Sequence record: MG383452
Source of the DNA: Escherichia phage FEC14
Strand: one strand, 5' to 3'
DNA: 64,000 nucleotides
Positions 17,962-28,197 of this stretch are shown one piece after another; position 1 is the first letter of the stretch, and the number at the start of each line of letters is the position of its first letter. The notes beneath the pieces were generated by a model. The model was not told where the DNA came from. It saw only the letters and a program-made list of their open reading frames with translations, and made no database searches. Made by a program: the position numbers and the translations under genes.

Positions 17962-18303
17962 ATGATTTCATTAAAAGAAATGTACGAACGCCTCGAAGAA
18001 CTGAAATCTAAAGAACGTCTGTATTCAGAAGAGAATGCAGAAATGTCAGATCTTATCGAAAAAATTGCGTTGCGTGAAAAGTATCTTCAACGTTATATCA
18101 ATCACCCACCTCACATTGTTGAACGTGTGAACGTTGAACTGGAAAAACTGTCCCCAATCACGTATGACAAATTGGGTATGGATAAAGTCCACACGGCTAT
18201 CTCTGGTGTTGTGAACTCTATGTTGGCGTTGGGACAAGTATTTGGTCGCCAGGACCATGATGATCTTATTTTCTACATTGAGAAAAATGTGGTGGTCAAA
18301 TGA
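17962..18303 (+). CDS. hypothetical protein
   Basis: 'gggagag' SD before ATG (MISLKEMYERL...). Confidence 0.5.
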   Translation: MISLKEMYERLEELKSKERLYSEENAEMSDLIEKIALREKYLQRYINHPPHIVERVNVELEKLSPITYDKLGMDKVHTAISGVVNSMLALGQVFGRQDHDDLIFYIEKNVVVK

Positions 18304-18707
18304 AACGTTATCGCCTGAAGTTTGAGTTAACTCGAAGGGAAGACAACGAACTCATATATGGGGAAATTTTCATATATGATCCTTATGATACGGAATACAC
18401 TGAATGGCTGAAGATAATATTGGCTGGTGAAGTCGATAAAGTATACCGTGCCATTGAAAAGGACGCCAAAGGAGTATTAAGTTTTGGTCATCTTCGAGTC
18501 GCGGCCATGATTGGTTCAGCTTTAGAAATAGTGTCTGAAGCGATAGCCATAGATCTACCAGGGGAACATATCTTCATCCGTGAATCTAAAGTTGATATGG
18601 CAACGAATTATGTGATGAAATTGACCTTGGCAGAAAATATGGAAAATAACAAACCAAGCATTTTCCGCCGTTTCATGAACAAATTAAAGGGTGTTAAAAA
18701 TGATTAA
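18300..18707 (+). CDS. hypothetical protein
   Basis: 135-aa ORF with 4-nt overlaps on both sides. Confidence 0.5.
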   Translation: MKRYRLKFELTRREDNELIYGEIFIYDPYDTEYTEWLKIILAGEVDKVYRAIEKDAKGVLSFGHLRVAAMIGSALEIVSEAIAIDLPGEHIFIRESKVDMATNYVMKLTLAENMENNKPSIFRRFMNKLKGVKND

Positions 18708-19218
18708 ACCACGAATGATGTTCGCCCATATGCGATCAGCTGCAGCATATGGTGTAACCAGTTATGCTCGGCGTCTGCAAGTCGGTTGTGTTATCGTAAA
18801 CCCTGAAACTGATCAGCCTGTGGCTATCGGATGGAACGGAACGCCTCCTGGCATGCCGAATGTTTGTGAGATGGAACAACACGGGCAAATTGTTACAAAC
18901 CCGTGTGTCATTCATGCGGAGGAAAATGCTCTAATGCGTATCCCCGAAAATGCAGATGATTTCACAGGGTTGGTTATGTTTGTGACACATAGCCCATGCC
19001 CTGATTGCACTCAGAAGATCATCGACAACGGCAAGATCGATAAAGTATATTATCAAGAGCCATATCGTATCATGGATGGAATCAAAAGATTGATGAACTC
19101 CGGAATTGAAGTTTACCGGATGGTGGGCGATATGGCAATCCTTAAACACGTTTTCGACGATCAAGGCGAAGTCGGATACGAACAAATCTTATCCAACCCA
19201 GACAAAGTAAGGAATTAA
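18700..19218 (+). CDS. cd: dCMP deaminase (zinc-dependent cytidine/deoxycytidylate deaminase family)
   Basis: 'HAEENAL' and 'PCPDC' zinc-binding motifs; 'aaggg' SD before ATG 18700. Confidence 0.8.
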   Translation: MIKPRMMFAHMRSAAAYGVTSYARRLQVGCVIVNPETDQPVAIGWNGTPPGMPNVCEMEQHGQIVTNPCVIHAEENALMRIPENADDFTGLVMFVTHSPCPDCTQKIIDNGKIDKVYYQEPYRIMDGIKRLMNSGIEVYRMVGDMAILKHVFDDQGEVGYEQILSNPDKVRN

Positions 19219-19219
19219 A

Positions 19220-19627
19220 ATGCGTTATGTAGACCGCATGCTCGGCGAAAATGAACATGTCATCGCTTTCACCCGCCCGACTTGGTGGAGCGGTTTTTGG
19301 ATTTATGTTCTGGTTATTTTAACGATTATCCCAACATTTGGATTCAGTTTGTTATTTCTGATACCAACAATTTTAAATGTATTGACAACTGAATTCGCAG
19401 TCACCAACAAGCGTGTTATTGTCAAACGAGGATTTATTCGTCGTGATGCTGATGAACTCCGTCTTGGTAAAGTAGAAACCATTAAGGTGGACCAGTCTAT
19501 TACAGGCCGTATCCTGAAGTTTTCGACCATCAGTGTTATTGGTACGGGCGGTACTCGCCTGTTGGCTACAGGTTGTTCTAAAGGGAACGAATTCCGTCAA
19601 AAAATTTATGATCATCTGGGTGACTAA
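19220..19627 (+). CDS. membrane protein with bacterial PH-like (bPH_2) domain
   Basis: Two TM helices followed by 'TNKRVIVKRGFIRRDADELRLGKVETIKV'. Confidence 0.45.
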   Translation: MRYVDRMLGENEHVIAFTRPTWWSGFWIYVLVILTIIPTFGFSLLFLIPTILNVLTTEFAVTNKRVIVKRGFIRRDADELRLGKVETIKVDQSITGRILKFSTISVIGTGGTRLLATGCSKGNEFRQKIYDHLGD

Positions 19628-19846
19628 ATGATTACTGCAGGATACACCGTCGATTTGTATTGTGAGTGTGTTGAATGCAAATCTTGTAATTGGGCTTGGG
19701 AAGAACATCACCCCAGATGTGGGATGAAGTCTTATGCTGGTGAATCTTGGGGAGACTGTGCTAGACAAGCCCGTGCTGATGGATGGATGATATGCAGGGA
19801 CAAACAAACTTGCTTTGCCCCTGGACATCCAAGGAAATCAGGGTAG
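19628..19846 (+). CDS. small cysteine-rich protein
   Basis: 'CECVECKSCNWAWEEHHPRCG...C...C' in 72 aa. Confidence 0.4.
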   Translation: MITAGYTVDLYCECVECKSCNWAWEEHHPRCGMKSYAGESWGDCARQARADGWMICRDKQTCFAPGHPRKSG

Positions 19847-20458
19847 TAACAAACCATCATCTTCCGATTGCGTTGGTTGTTTATTAGCAGTTTCCTTCTT
19901 CATTTGCTCTTTCAACGCATTAATCCTTTGAGCGCGGCGTCGATCTTCCATTTCGACTTCGCGCTTTTTCTTAGAACGAAGAGCAAATTGTTTTTTAACT
20001 TCTGGGTCTTCACCTGGCACCAAATGTTCTTCTGTCCAGATAATGAATTTCCAACCCACCTTTGCACAATGTTCTTTAGTTGCTGTCCACTTTGCCTGAT
20101 TTACCAACCAAGTGCGCATTGAATTATTGAATGTTGATTCCTTCATCGTTTTAGTTTTGCGAGGTTCTTTAATCTGGTCTTTGGGTTTTATTTCAATAAG
20201 AGTAATTTGTAATTCATCGGAATCCTGCCGACGAGTCCAAACCTTCAAATCCATGAAATAACGATGGGCGCGGCCATCAACCGGAGATATGTAAGGGATT
20301 ACAGTTTCTTCTGAAGACCAATAGACGATAGCAGGATTCATATCACAAAATTTAAAGGCGACAAGTTCTAGCGAAGAACGAAATACTATTTTGTTCACGT
20401 CGCCTTTATATTTCTTGGGATTTACGGGAACATACTTCCCCTGCAAATACATAGCCAT
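19838..20458 (-). CDS. PD-(D/E)xK nuclease-fold-like protein with lysine-rich C-terminus
   Basis: 'RYFMDLKV...ITLIEIKPK' resembles a D...ExK core. Function not established. Confidence 0.35.
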   Translation of the reverse strand: MAMYLQGKYVPVNPKKYKGDVNKIVFRSSLELVAFKFCDMNPAIVYWSSEETVIPYISPVDGRAHRYFMDLKVWTRRQDSDELQITLIEIKPKDQIKEPRKTKTMKESTFNNSMRTWLVNQAKWTATKEHCAKVGWKFIIWTEEHLVPGEDPEVKKQFALRSKKKREVEMEDRRRAQRINALKEQMKKETANKQPTQSEDDGLLLP

Positions 20459-20511
20459 ATTCTAGTCCTAAATAGTGTCATCACTCTATTCTAATTAAAG
20501 GGCTTCAGACC

Positions 20512-21480
20512 ATGGCGAATTTCAAGTCGACCATCGATAAGATCAAAGTTCTGAACACAAAAGGCTTGGCCAAGTCTCAGAAGCAATTGGTCTATCCATT
20601 AGACATAACAGGGGGTAAAACCCTCGGCCATTATGTTCTATTCAACATCAACCGAATATCTGGTTCTTCATATGGGGACACCACAACCCAAACCGTCGAA
20701 AATCCGATACAAAATCCATTGGGTAAGACTCCTGTGGTTTATGGTTCTAAATCGGGTTCTATTAGCAAATATGCTTGGGCGCGTCATGTCCGCTCTAACG
20801 AGTCAATTGTGTTGTGTATGCCCGAATCCATTACAACCAACTATGGCGTTGGCTGGAACGGCTCCGAGTTGGGATTAGCAGGTATGGGTGCCCAATTCTT
20901 ATCACGCGCCGCCCAAGATATGAGTCAATTCAAACTTGGGGATGCTTTGAATGTTGGGAAAGAAATGGGGAGATTTGCGGCGACAAAGGCCATCCAATCT
21001 GCTTCGGAAGCAATTCCTTTCTTGCCGACAATTAATGCTCATGATACATTAGAATTGTTTACAGGTACGATGACCAACCCGTATGTGGAAATGATTTTCC
21101 AAGGGGTGCGCAACCGAGAAATCCCGTTCACATTCAAATTCACTCCAAGATCGCAAAAAGAGGCGAAAATGGTGCGGGAGATTATCCGTTTATTCAAGAT
21201 GCACATGTATCCAGAATACAAATACAACAAGAATTCCAGCGCATTCTATCTTCATCCATCCACGTTTGATATCACGTTCATGGTCCAGGGAGAACGCAAC
21301 AAATGGTTGCATCGGATATCGACTTGCGTCCTATCAAATATGTTTGTCAACGAGACGCCTGACTCTTCATATGCTGTACACAAAGATGACAGCATCGTGT
21401 CGACACAAATCGACATGACGTTTATAGAACTAGAACCGTTGCACAAAGGCCGCTTTGATACCGAAGGCGACAGCTTCTAA
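20512..21480 (+). CDS. putative baseplate/tail module protein
   Basis: 322-aa ORF opening a co-oriented block that ends with the gp29-like gene; assignment by context only. Confidence 0.3.
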   Translation: MANFKSTIDKIKVLNTKGLAKSQKQLVYPLDITGGKTLGHYVLFNINRISGSSYGDTTTQTVENPIQNPLGKTPVVYGSKSGSISKYAWARHVRSNESIVLCMPESITTNYGVGWNGSELGLAGMGAQFLSRAAQDMSQFKLGDALNVGKEMGRFAATKAIQSASEAIPFLPTINAHDTLELFTGTMTNPYVEMIFQGVRNREIPFTFKFTPRSQKEAKMVREIIRLFKMHMYPEYKYNKNSSAFYLHPSTFDITFMVQGERNKWLHRISTCVLSNMFVNETPDSSYAVHKDDSIVSTQIDMTFIELEPLHKGRFDTEGDSF

Positions 21481-21492
21481 GGAGAAGATGCC

Positions 21493-22050
21493 ATGAAATA
21501 TTTTGAGAAATTTCCACTCGTATGGCATCAACTAATTGGTGTCAAAGAGGATGACCAAGTCCTGTTGCAGAACTTAACACGACGGGTTATGGTTGTTAAG
21601 AAAATTAGGGACATAGAAGGGCTTCTCCTGCCGTATACTGTTTTTGATGGGGAAACCCCAAGGTCTTTTACCGAACGCGTCTACGGTTCCTTCGAGCTGT
21701 TTTGGATCCCATGTCTTATCAATGGTATCATGGACATCGCAGAGGACTGGCCGAAACCGGAGCGCCGTATCATTGAAGAACTGACTGCTCGATACGGCCT
21801 TGACGGAATGTGGGATGTGAAATACTATGTTGACGAATTCGGTCATGAAACAGATCCTAGAGCAATACGTTTAGCATATGGCCTTGGTTCTATGGATGAT
21901 TCCACGATTATCGCCAACTATGGTCTGACAGGTATTACATATCATGATGATGCTATAAACAAAAACGAAGCCAAACGGAATATTCAGGTTCTAGACCCAG
22001 ATTATGTTTCTTCCTTTGTTAATCAGCTGGAACAGGAGCTGACCAAATGA
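21493..22050 (+). CDS. putative baseplate hub module protein
   Basis: 185-aa ORF, translationally coupled to the next gene. Confidence 0.3.
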   Translation: MKYFEKFPLVWHQLIGVKEDDQVLLQNLTRRVMVVKKIRDIEGLLLPYTVFDGETPRSFTERVYGSFELFWIPCLINGIMDIAEDWPKPERRIIEELTARYGLDGMWDVKYYVDEFGHETDPRAIRLAYGLGSMDDSTIIANYGLTGITYHDDAINKNEAKRNIQVLDPDYVSSFVNQLEQELTK

Positions 22051-23435
22051 TCGAAAATAAAGAATCCCAGGACGGAATTTTAACTCCGTCCACAACATTT
22101 GATTTGAAATATATGGCGATATTACCGCACACACCTGAAGGCGGTACTCCCAAGCCTTATGACCTTTCATCGTTGTTTCAAGAATTCAACGTATATCAGG
22201 ATCTTGGTCTGGAAGGGAATGCTTCACCGTCGCTGACAGCTAATATTCTGATCAAAGAAGGCTGGGATATATTGGATACAATGCCAATCCTCGGAGGTGA
22301 GGAAGTAGTGGTATCGTTCAAATCACCTGCGGCTTCCGACTACACTACGCTTTCATTGCGAGTCAGTCGGGTGGGGAGAGTTGCTGACGAATCGAACTCT
22401 TCTTCGAAAAAGGCATTCTGGTTGCACTTGGTGACAACAGACGCGTATCGAGATAGCATGTTGCGTAAATCTGTTGGATTAAGCGGTTCTTATTCTGAGA
22501 TGGCAGCTAAAATCTTTGAGCAACTGAATTCACGCACCAAATTTGAAGACATAGATCCTTCATATGGGATACAAGAAAGGTTCGCTACCCCTCTTTGGCC
22601 TGTACTCCGCTCCATAGATTATATGGCCAGCCGTGCATATGACGAATTATTCATGCCATTCGTTTTCTATGAAGACTTTACGGGTTATCACTTCAAAAGC
22701 ATGACGACGTTGTTCAACCAGGGCAACCAGTCTATGACTGCTGAAGAGAAGCAAGAGGCTTCTATTGAAAAGAAATTCTTCCGAGACCCTCAAGACGCGC
22801 CGTTGATGCAGGATAACAATTTCAACTCAGAACGTTTCATGCGGACTATCATCAAGGCTGAAAAGAAACTGGCGCGTGATCAGTACATGGCGAACTATCG
22901 GGATATATTGGCTGTAAACGAACGTGTCTATGATTTCAGTACAAAATCCACTACAGCAACGCAACGCATTTATTCGGAATGGTTTGATAGCACGGCTCAC
23001 CTTGATCCGTTCCCTTTGTTCTCTGATCAATTCGACCGCGAGAACGTTAGGTACATTGAAGCGCAACCGGATGGTGCCGAACAAATAGATTACGCACGAC
23101 GCGTTATAGAATTCAGCCTCGCGTCAACGGTTATGCGTTTACTGGTCGTGGGGGATAACCGTCTGAATGTTGGGCAGGTTTATTATATTGAAGATTTGTC
23201 GAACCGCCCGAAATCTAATGAAAACATTGCCGAGTTAAGTAAGTTATCAACAGGCCATTATATCGTCACAAAGATACGCCACAAGATTTCACGCCTGACA
23301 AATGATTATCAATGCGTCGCCGAGATTGCCAAAGATAGTATGATCCAGAAGGTCTTACCGCCTCAGACTGGTCAAACTGTGGCTTCTACACCAACTCCGA
23401 CGCCAATAGAGAAAGGACAAGCCCAGAAGGTCTGA
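22047..23435 (+). CDS. putative baseplate hub module protein
   Basis: 462-aa ORF within the same operon-like block. Confidence 0.3.
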   Translation: MIENKESQDGILTPSTTFDLKYMAILPHTPEGGTPKPYDLSSLFQEFNVYQDLGLEGNASPSLTANILIKEGWDILDTMPILGGEEVVVSFKSPAASDYTTLSLRVSRVGRVADESNSSSKKAFWLHLVTTDAYRDSMLRKSVGLSGSYSEMAAKIFEQLNSRTKFEDIDPSYGIQERFATPLWPVLRSIDYMASRAYDELFMPFVFYEDFTGYHFKSMTTLFNQGNQSMTAEEKQEASIEKKFFRDPQDAPLMQDNNFNSERFMRTIIKAEKKLARDQYMANYRDILAVNERVYDFSTKSTTATQRIYSEWFDSTAHLDPFPLFSDQFDRENVRYIEAQPDGAEQIDYARRVIEFSLASTVMRLLVVGDNRLNVGQVYYIEDLSNRPKSNENIAELSKLSTGHYIVTKIRHKISRLTNDYQCVAEIAKDSMIQKVLPPQTGQTVASTPTPTPIEKGQAQKV

Positions 23436-23445
23436 GAGGTGACAA

Positions 23446-25386
23446 ATGGCAGATAACAATCAACCGACACCAGGGCAGCAAGACATCGTCAAGGTTTTGG
23501 ATAAAATCAAAAAAGAAATGATGGAGCGCAAGCAATTGCGCGCCCAATCCGAGACGAATAAACAGCTCGCAGATGTCAACAAACAACTGCAATCTCTGAA
23601 GACACGCCAGGCGTCTAATCAGGAGCAGAAAGTCCCGCCAATTAAATTCCCATCGGTGAATGATATTGTTGGTGGGTTTGTCCGCGTCAGTCCTATTTTC
23701 ACAAGGGATTACAGCACTTGGATGAAAGACACCGTCAGTCTTTCCAAGGACGGAAATGAAGAACTGATGCGAATCGCAACCAAAATAGAAAAATTTGGCG
23801 AAGCGGCGAATGGTCCGGTTGACGACATGTCAGTTGAATATCTTGACATGATATCAGATCAATTGGGCGCGGCCAACGAAGATAGTCTTGAACGCCTTGA
23901 TGGATTAAAGGATAAGCTGGCGTTGGTCGGAGGGGAGATCGTAAACCTGACTGACATAATGCTTCAAACGCATAAGGACACGCTGGATTTCAATAAAGAT
24001 GCCAGTAACGAAACTGTTACCCGCCTCGACAGCATTGATGACAAATTGGGATACATGAACGAAGATCTTAATGATACTCTGACACGTATCTATGAAAGTG
24101 ATCAAAAATATAGAGAAGAAGAGAAATTCCGTCGTGGCGAAGAAGGTAAGGAAAACAAGAACAACCCAGAGGCTGGTTCTATCCCTCCGTCTGAGCCTAA
24201 ACAAGATGGTCAATCTTCTGGGTTAGGCGCGGCGCTGGGGGCACTCCTTGGACTGGGTGCGTTAAAACTCCTGATGTCCCCATTAAAACTTGTTGGTGGC
24301 TTCATTAAATTATTCATGGGGTTTGGTGCTGGGATCGGCGGGTTACTTGCGCCTCTGAAAGCAGCAACCAAGATGCTTCGAGTTGGACCTCTGGCGTTAA
24401 TAACATCTGTATTTGAATTCGGTAAAGGTTTCTTTAATGCTAAAGAAATCCTTGGTAAAGCGCAAGTATCGATCGTTGATCGGGTTCAGGCAGGGATAAC
24501 AGAGCTGGTCGGTAGTTTCGGGGATCTCGCTGATTGGGTTGCTGAAATATTCGGATGGAACAATGCTGGGTTTGGAAAGGCGTTCCGTGAACAAGTGCTG
24601 AAAATGACCGAAGCGCCCGTGCGTTGGTTGAACTCGATTGTTGATTGGGTCACCAACGATTTGTTTGCGGGTATCGGGAAGAGTACATCACTGACCGAAA
24701 TCCCTGGTAAACTTGCAGACAACTTACAAGGCCAATTGATAAAATTGGTTGATTGGGTAACGGGCGGGATATCGGGATTGATTGATGATGGCATGGCGGC
24801 TGCAAATAAAGTCGTTGAAGATATGAAGAAAGGATTTGCGGAAAACGTGAAGAAACCATTCTTTAATATGTTGAATGCCATAACCAATGCCATGTTTGAT
24901 ATCGTGGATAAATTCGTGAGTATCATACCTGATGCTCTGGGTGGTGAAGCAGCCAGGAACAAAATGGCGGAAGCAAGACAGTCTATGCTAATCAGCCAAG
25001 ACGATAAGGCTCCTGAGAATGCGTCTACGCCGCCAAGCAGCCAATCACCAGCACAACCCAATGCCAATATCAGCACGTTAACTCCAATGCCTTCTGGGGT
25101 GTCCTCAGACGCTGTCAACGTTACGGATAGAACTTCACAATTGAAAGACGCATACGCAGGGATTGGGGGAGGTACTCTGGGCGGGGCTTATCCGGTTCAA
25201 GGAAGAGCAGCCAATAACATCGAAGAAGTTAAATCCGCCTATGCTAACCCGCCAGCCAGTGTTGTGGTTCCAGTACAACAAAATGTGGACAACTCGAAGA
25301 AAGTCAGTACGACGAACAACTTCAATAGTTCACAGTTGGAGCCGTCCAACCGTACTGATACAGGGCGCATTCTCTGGGATTGGTAA
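23446..25386 (+). CDS. gp29-like baseplate hub / tail-length determining protein (putative)
   Basis: 646 aa; N-terminal coiled-coil; central Gly/Ala/Leu-rich hydrophobic segment 'GLGAALGALLGLGALKLL...GFGAGIGGLLAPL'; size close to T4 gp29. Confidence 0.4.
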   Translation: MADNNQPTPGQQDIVKVLDKIKKEMMERKQLRAQSETNKQLADVNKQLQSLKTRQASNQEQKVPPIKFPSVNDIVGGFVRVSPIFTRDYSTWMKDTVSLSKDGNEELMRIATKIEKFGEAANGPVDDMSVEYLDMISDQLGAANEDSLERLDGLKDKLALVGGEIVNLTDIMLQTHKDTLDFNKDASNETVTRLDSIDDKLGYMNEDLNDTLTRIYESDQKYREEEKFRRGEEGKENKNNPEAGSIPPSEPKQDGQSSGLGAALGALLGLGALKLLMSPLKLVGGFIKLFMGFGAGIGGLLAPLKAATKMLRVGPLALITSVFEFGKGFFNAKEILGKAQVSIVDRVQAGITELVGSFGDLADWVAEIFGWNNAGFGKAFREQVLKMTEAPVRWLNSIVDWVTNDLFAGIGKSTSLTEIPGKLADNLQGQLIKLVDWVTGGISGLIDDGMAAANKVVEDMKKGFAENVKKPFFNMLNAITNAMFDIVDKFVSIIPDALGGEAARNKMAEARQSMLISQDDKAPENASTPPSSQSPAQPNANISTLTPMPSGVSSDAVNVTDRTSQLKDAYAGIGGGTLGGAYPVQGRAANNIEEVKSAYANPPASVVVPVQQNVDNSKKVSTTNNFNSSQLEPSNRTDTGRILWDW

Positions 25387-26049
25387 TCAAATTCCGTGGG
25401 CAAGGATTAGCTCACGGAGTTTTCCTTTTGTGTATTCTGTGTTTTCATCAGGAACAACTGAATTGGTTTTCTTTAATAAAAAAGACTCAGAGTTCCAATA
25501 GATGTCATCCTTGAGTATTGTATCATATAAATGGATGAACCCCACTACTTTATTCAATCCAACGAGAAACCAAATTGGATAGCGTTTAACAATAATATCT
25601 GTCAGTAAAGGTGGATGCCCATTACCATTTCCTTTGATATATTGGATAAAATTCACGCCTCTTTCTTTTATCTCAGGGATCATATATCTCTCAAAATGTT
25701 CAAGAAAATTATATGAGAAGTTGTCATACAGGCGGCGATATTCATTATAATTTTCTTGGGCCTGTCTTGTAAGTAATGTTGTCACCCATGTTTTTGGTGA
25801 TTTAACAAAGTTGGCGATGATATAATTTTCCACCACTTCACCCTGGGAAGATTCAAACCGACGAGCAAGTTTGGCAAATTGTTTGGCCACACCCTGTTTA
25901 GAATAGAACGTTTCAAACTTGTAATTGTTCATCGGCCCATACAGGCCATAATCAAAGTCTTTTGTGGTGAAATGCAATTTGATCGCCATATAGATGCAAT
26001 AAACGTTGAATGCCCTTTCATATTGCATTTTCTCCCACTCAGTTATCAT
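25387..26049 (-). CDS. gp59-like helicase loader (putative)
   Basis: 220 aa. Local resemblance to T4 gp59 as recalled ('VENYIIANFV' vs 'ALIFISNLVAN'); adjacent to ligase. Confidence 0.45.
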   Translation of the reverse strand: MITEWEKMQYERAFNVYCIYMAIKLHFTTKDFDYGLYGPMNNYKFETFYSKQGVAKQFAKLARRFESSQGEVVENYIIANFVKSPKTWVTTLLTRQAQENYNEYRRLYDNFSYNFLEHFERYMIPEIKERGVNFIQYIKGNGNGHPPLLTDIIVKRYPIWFLVGLNKVVGFIHLYDTILKDDIYWNSESFLLKKTNSVVPDENTEYTKGKLRELILAHGI

Positions 26050-26192
26050 GGCGTTTCTCCCTGCTTTTCTGTTTCTGTAATCTGCGGCGTTCAGAACAGA
26101 ACTGATTGAACTCCGTCACCAAGCCTTTCTCCTTTATAAAGAGAATGGCGTTTCGAAAAGCAATTCCAATCTTGGCATATGACGGCGGATTT

Positions 26193-26456
26193 TTACCAAC
26201 CACGTGATCTCTCCTCTGTGCGAACGAAACGTTGAAACTCTTCTGTCTTCCCTTGTCGGTGAATAAAAACCAACGCCAGAATAAAACGCCGAAAAGATTT
26301 TGGGATAAGACGATAACCGTTTGTCCAATTATAGACAACGTCAGAACAATTCATCATCTTCATCATCTGTAATTCAGAAACTCCCAATTCCCTCATAATG
26401 TTTATGAGATTAAGAGAATCATTGTCTTTCCTTGGTTTCTTATCAATAAGTTTCAT
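26193..26456 (-). CDS. small HTH-like DNA-binding protein (putative)
   Basis: 87-aa ORF; overlaps a second same-strand ORF (26039..26338) in another frame, so the gene model is uncertain. Confidence 0.35.
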   Translation of the reverse strand: MKLIDKKPRKDNDSLNLINIMRELGVSELQMMKMMNCSDVVYNWTNGYRLIPKSFRRFILALVFIHRQGKTEEFQRFVRTEERSRGW

Positions 26457-26533
26457 AATAACACCTGGTAATGATTTCTTGGAATTATACTGCTACTGTC
26501 TTTATTGAATGGGGTTCCGAAGAACCCCAATTT

Positions 26534-27961
26534 TCATGCCGCTTCCAACAACACCAAAATATTTTCGATATATGCTTTCTGGATAGCATAGACTTCAGCC
26601 AGTGTATTAGCGACTTTCTTGTCTGTGCGTACTTCAACGAGACGTGGAAGGAATAGAGACTTCATGGCGTCATCGGTTTTATCCTGTACGCCATTAGAGA
26701 GCACGGCGGCAATCTTACCAATGAAGTCCTCTTGGTTTTCCCACATTCGTAGTCTCAACTCATCCGAGATCCCCGATACGCCAACAACTAAGAGGCTATC
26801 AGAGGTCTTGCAGAGGAGAGATCCAAATGTCTTGGCGTGCTTCCCTTTCTTATCGGCCTCGTTGAAGCCAACGATTTCAAGGTCACATTCTACTTCCATT
26901 TTTAGCTTTAACCCTTCAGATGATGTTCCATCTTCCCAAGGCATATCTGCGGCCTTACAAATCGTGCCTTCTTCCCGACGAGACAAAGCGTCTTTGAAGT
27001 GTTCGACAGCTTCTTCAAATGAATGAACAACACGGGTTTCTTGAACCTGAACCAGTCCGTCATCCCCTTCGAACAACTGTTGTATGATATCAAAACGGCG
27101 CTCATATGGGGTGTCCACACGCTGAGCATTGAACCAATTATCATACGGCACAACGTCCCATACCCGATAGATCACCTTGTAACGATCTTCCAGGGGTTCA
27201 CCCGTTTGGATAACACTGTTGAGCTTACCATTGCCGATAGCCCGAGGCAACACTGTATTCGTTTTCAGATCAATGACGAGCAGTTCACCATGGAAGACGC
27301 TTTCACCAATCCCCGCATCGTAGATCAGGTCTTTGAAAACCAATGATAGGTTATCAACGGAACCACCCGCAATAAGAGAACCGGAACGAGAACGAATCTC
27401 TGGGTCTCTTCCATAACGACAGATGATGTTGGCAAACATGCCATCTGACTTCAGCTGGCTGAAGACGCCGCGCTTGAAGTCCATCTTCTTCAGCAAGTCA
27501 ATCGTCATGTTATCATAACGGTGATATGGAAGGATATTAATCAGACGCCCTGTACCACCTGCTGCGTTGAATGCTGCGTTTATACCTTTTTCGGCAATTC
27601 CCGCTTTGATGTCTCTGTCGAGTATAATTTGTATCAGGGTATGGTAATCCGGATGGATGTTGGTCGCGGCCTTCGCAAGTTCTTGATCTGCCTTCATCCC
27701 ACCGATCTTGCGTTCGGCCATCATATCGAGAACATCATAAACCTGATCCCAGCTACCGACAACGCCGCGCGAGAGCATGCGAGGGAATGCATTCAGATTG
27801 AATTGAGTGCGGTAATAAGAACGCATCGGGTCGTAGACGTATTGAAGGAAATCAACCAGTTCCGGATTGGTTCTGAACGCTTCGGTCAACACGGCTTTCT
27901 TAGCATTAGTGCCTTTGGTATCACGAAGATTTTGGATTATTTCTAAGAGAGGAAGCATCAT
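26534..27961 (-). CDS. ATP-dependent DNA ligase
   Basis: N-terminus 'MMLPLLEIIQNLRDTKGTNAKKAVL...YVYDP' parallels T4 gp30; adenylation motif 'FSQLKSDG' (KxDG). Confidence 0.85.
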   Translation of the reverse strand: MMLPLLEIIQNLRDTKGTNAKKAVLTEAFRTNPELVDFLQYVYDPMRSYYRTQFNLNAFPRMLSRGVVGSWDQVYDVLDMMAERKIGGMKADQELAKAATNIHPDYHTLIQIILDRDIKAGIAEKGINAAFNAAGGTGRLINILPYHRYDNMTIDLLKKMDFKRGVFSQLKSDGMFANIICRYGRDPEIRSRSGSLIAGGSVDNLSLVFKDLIYDAGIGESVFHGELLVIDLKTNTVLPRAIGNGKLNSVIQTGEPLEDRYKVIYRVWDVVPYDNWFNAQRVDTPYERRFDIIQQLFEGDDGLVQVQETRVVHSFEEAVEHFKDALSRREEGTICKAADMPWEDGTSSEGLKLKMEVECDLEIVGFNEADKKGKHAKTFGSLLCKTSDSLLVVGVSGISDELRLRMWENQEDFIGKIAAVLSNGVQDKTDDAMKSLFLPRLVEVRTDKKVANTLAEVYAIQKAYIENILVLLEAA

Positions 27962-28014
27962 GTGTCTCCAGGGTTATTCGTCTTGTTATTATAACCCCAG
28001 AGACTTCAATAGAT

Positions 28015-28197
28015 TTATTTGCTGCGTCTTTTTCTAGCCTTATCTACAATCTGAAGAACATCCACTCCATATTTGCGCATTCTTCTATTATTGATCCATT
28101 CGGCCCAAAACGGTTGAAAAAGAATAATCAAGATCCCGAAAAATAATATTGCAGACCAAATATAAAATGAAATATCTTTCATATGTCTTCCTTCCAA
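28015..28197 (-). CDS. small membrane protein
   Basis: 60 aa with one TM helix 'IWSAILFFGILIILF' and a basic C-terminus. Confidence 0.4.
   Translation of the reverse strand: MEGRHMKDISFYIWSAILFFGILIILFQPFWAEWINNRRMRKYGVDVLQIVDKARKRRSK

Noticed and set aside
24486-25118. 210-aa antisense ORF inside the gp29-like gene
   Set aside because: It is the complement of a Gly/Ala-rich coding region, which generates open frames by composition; no SD or promoter.
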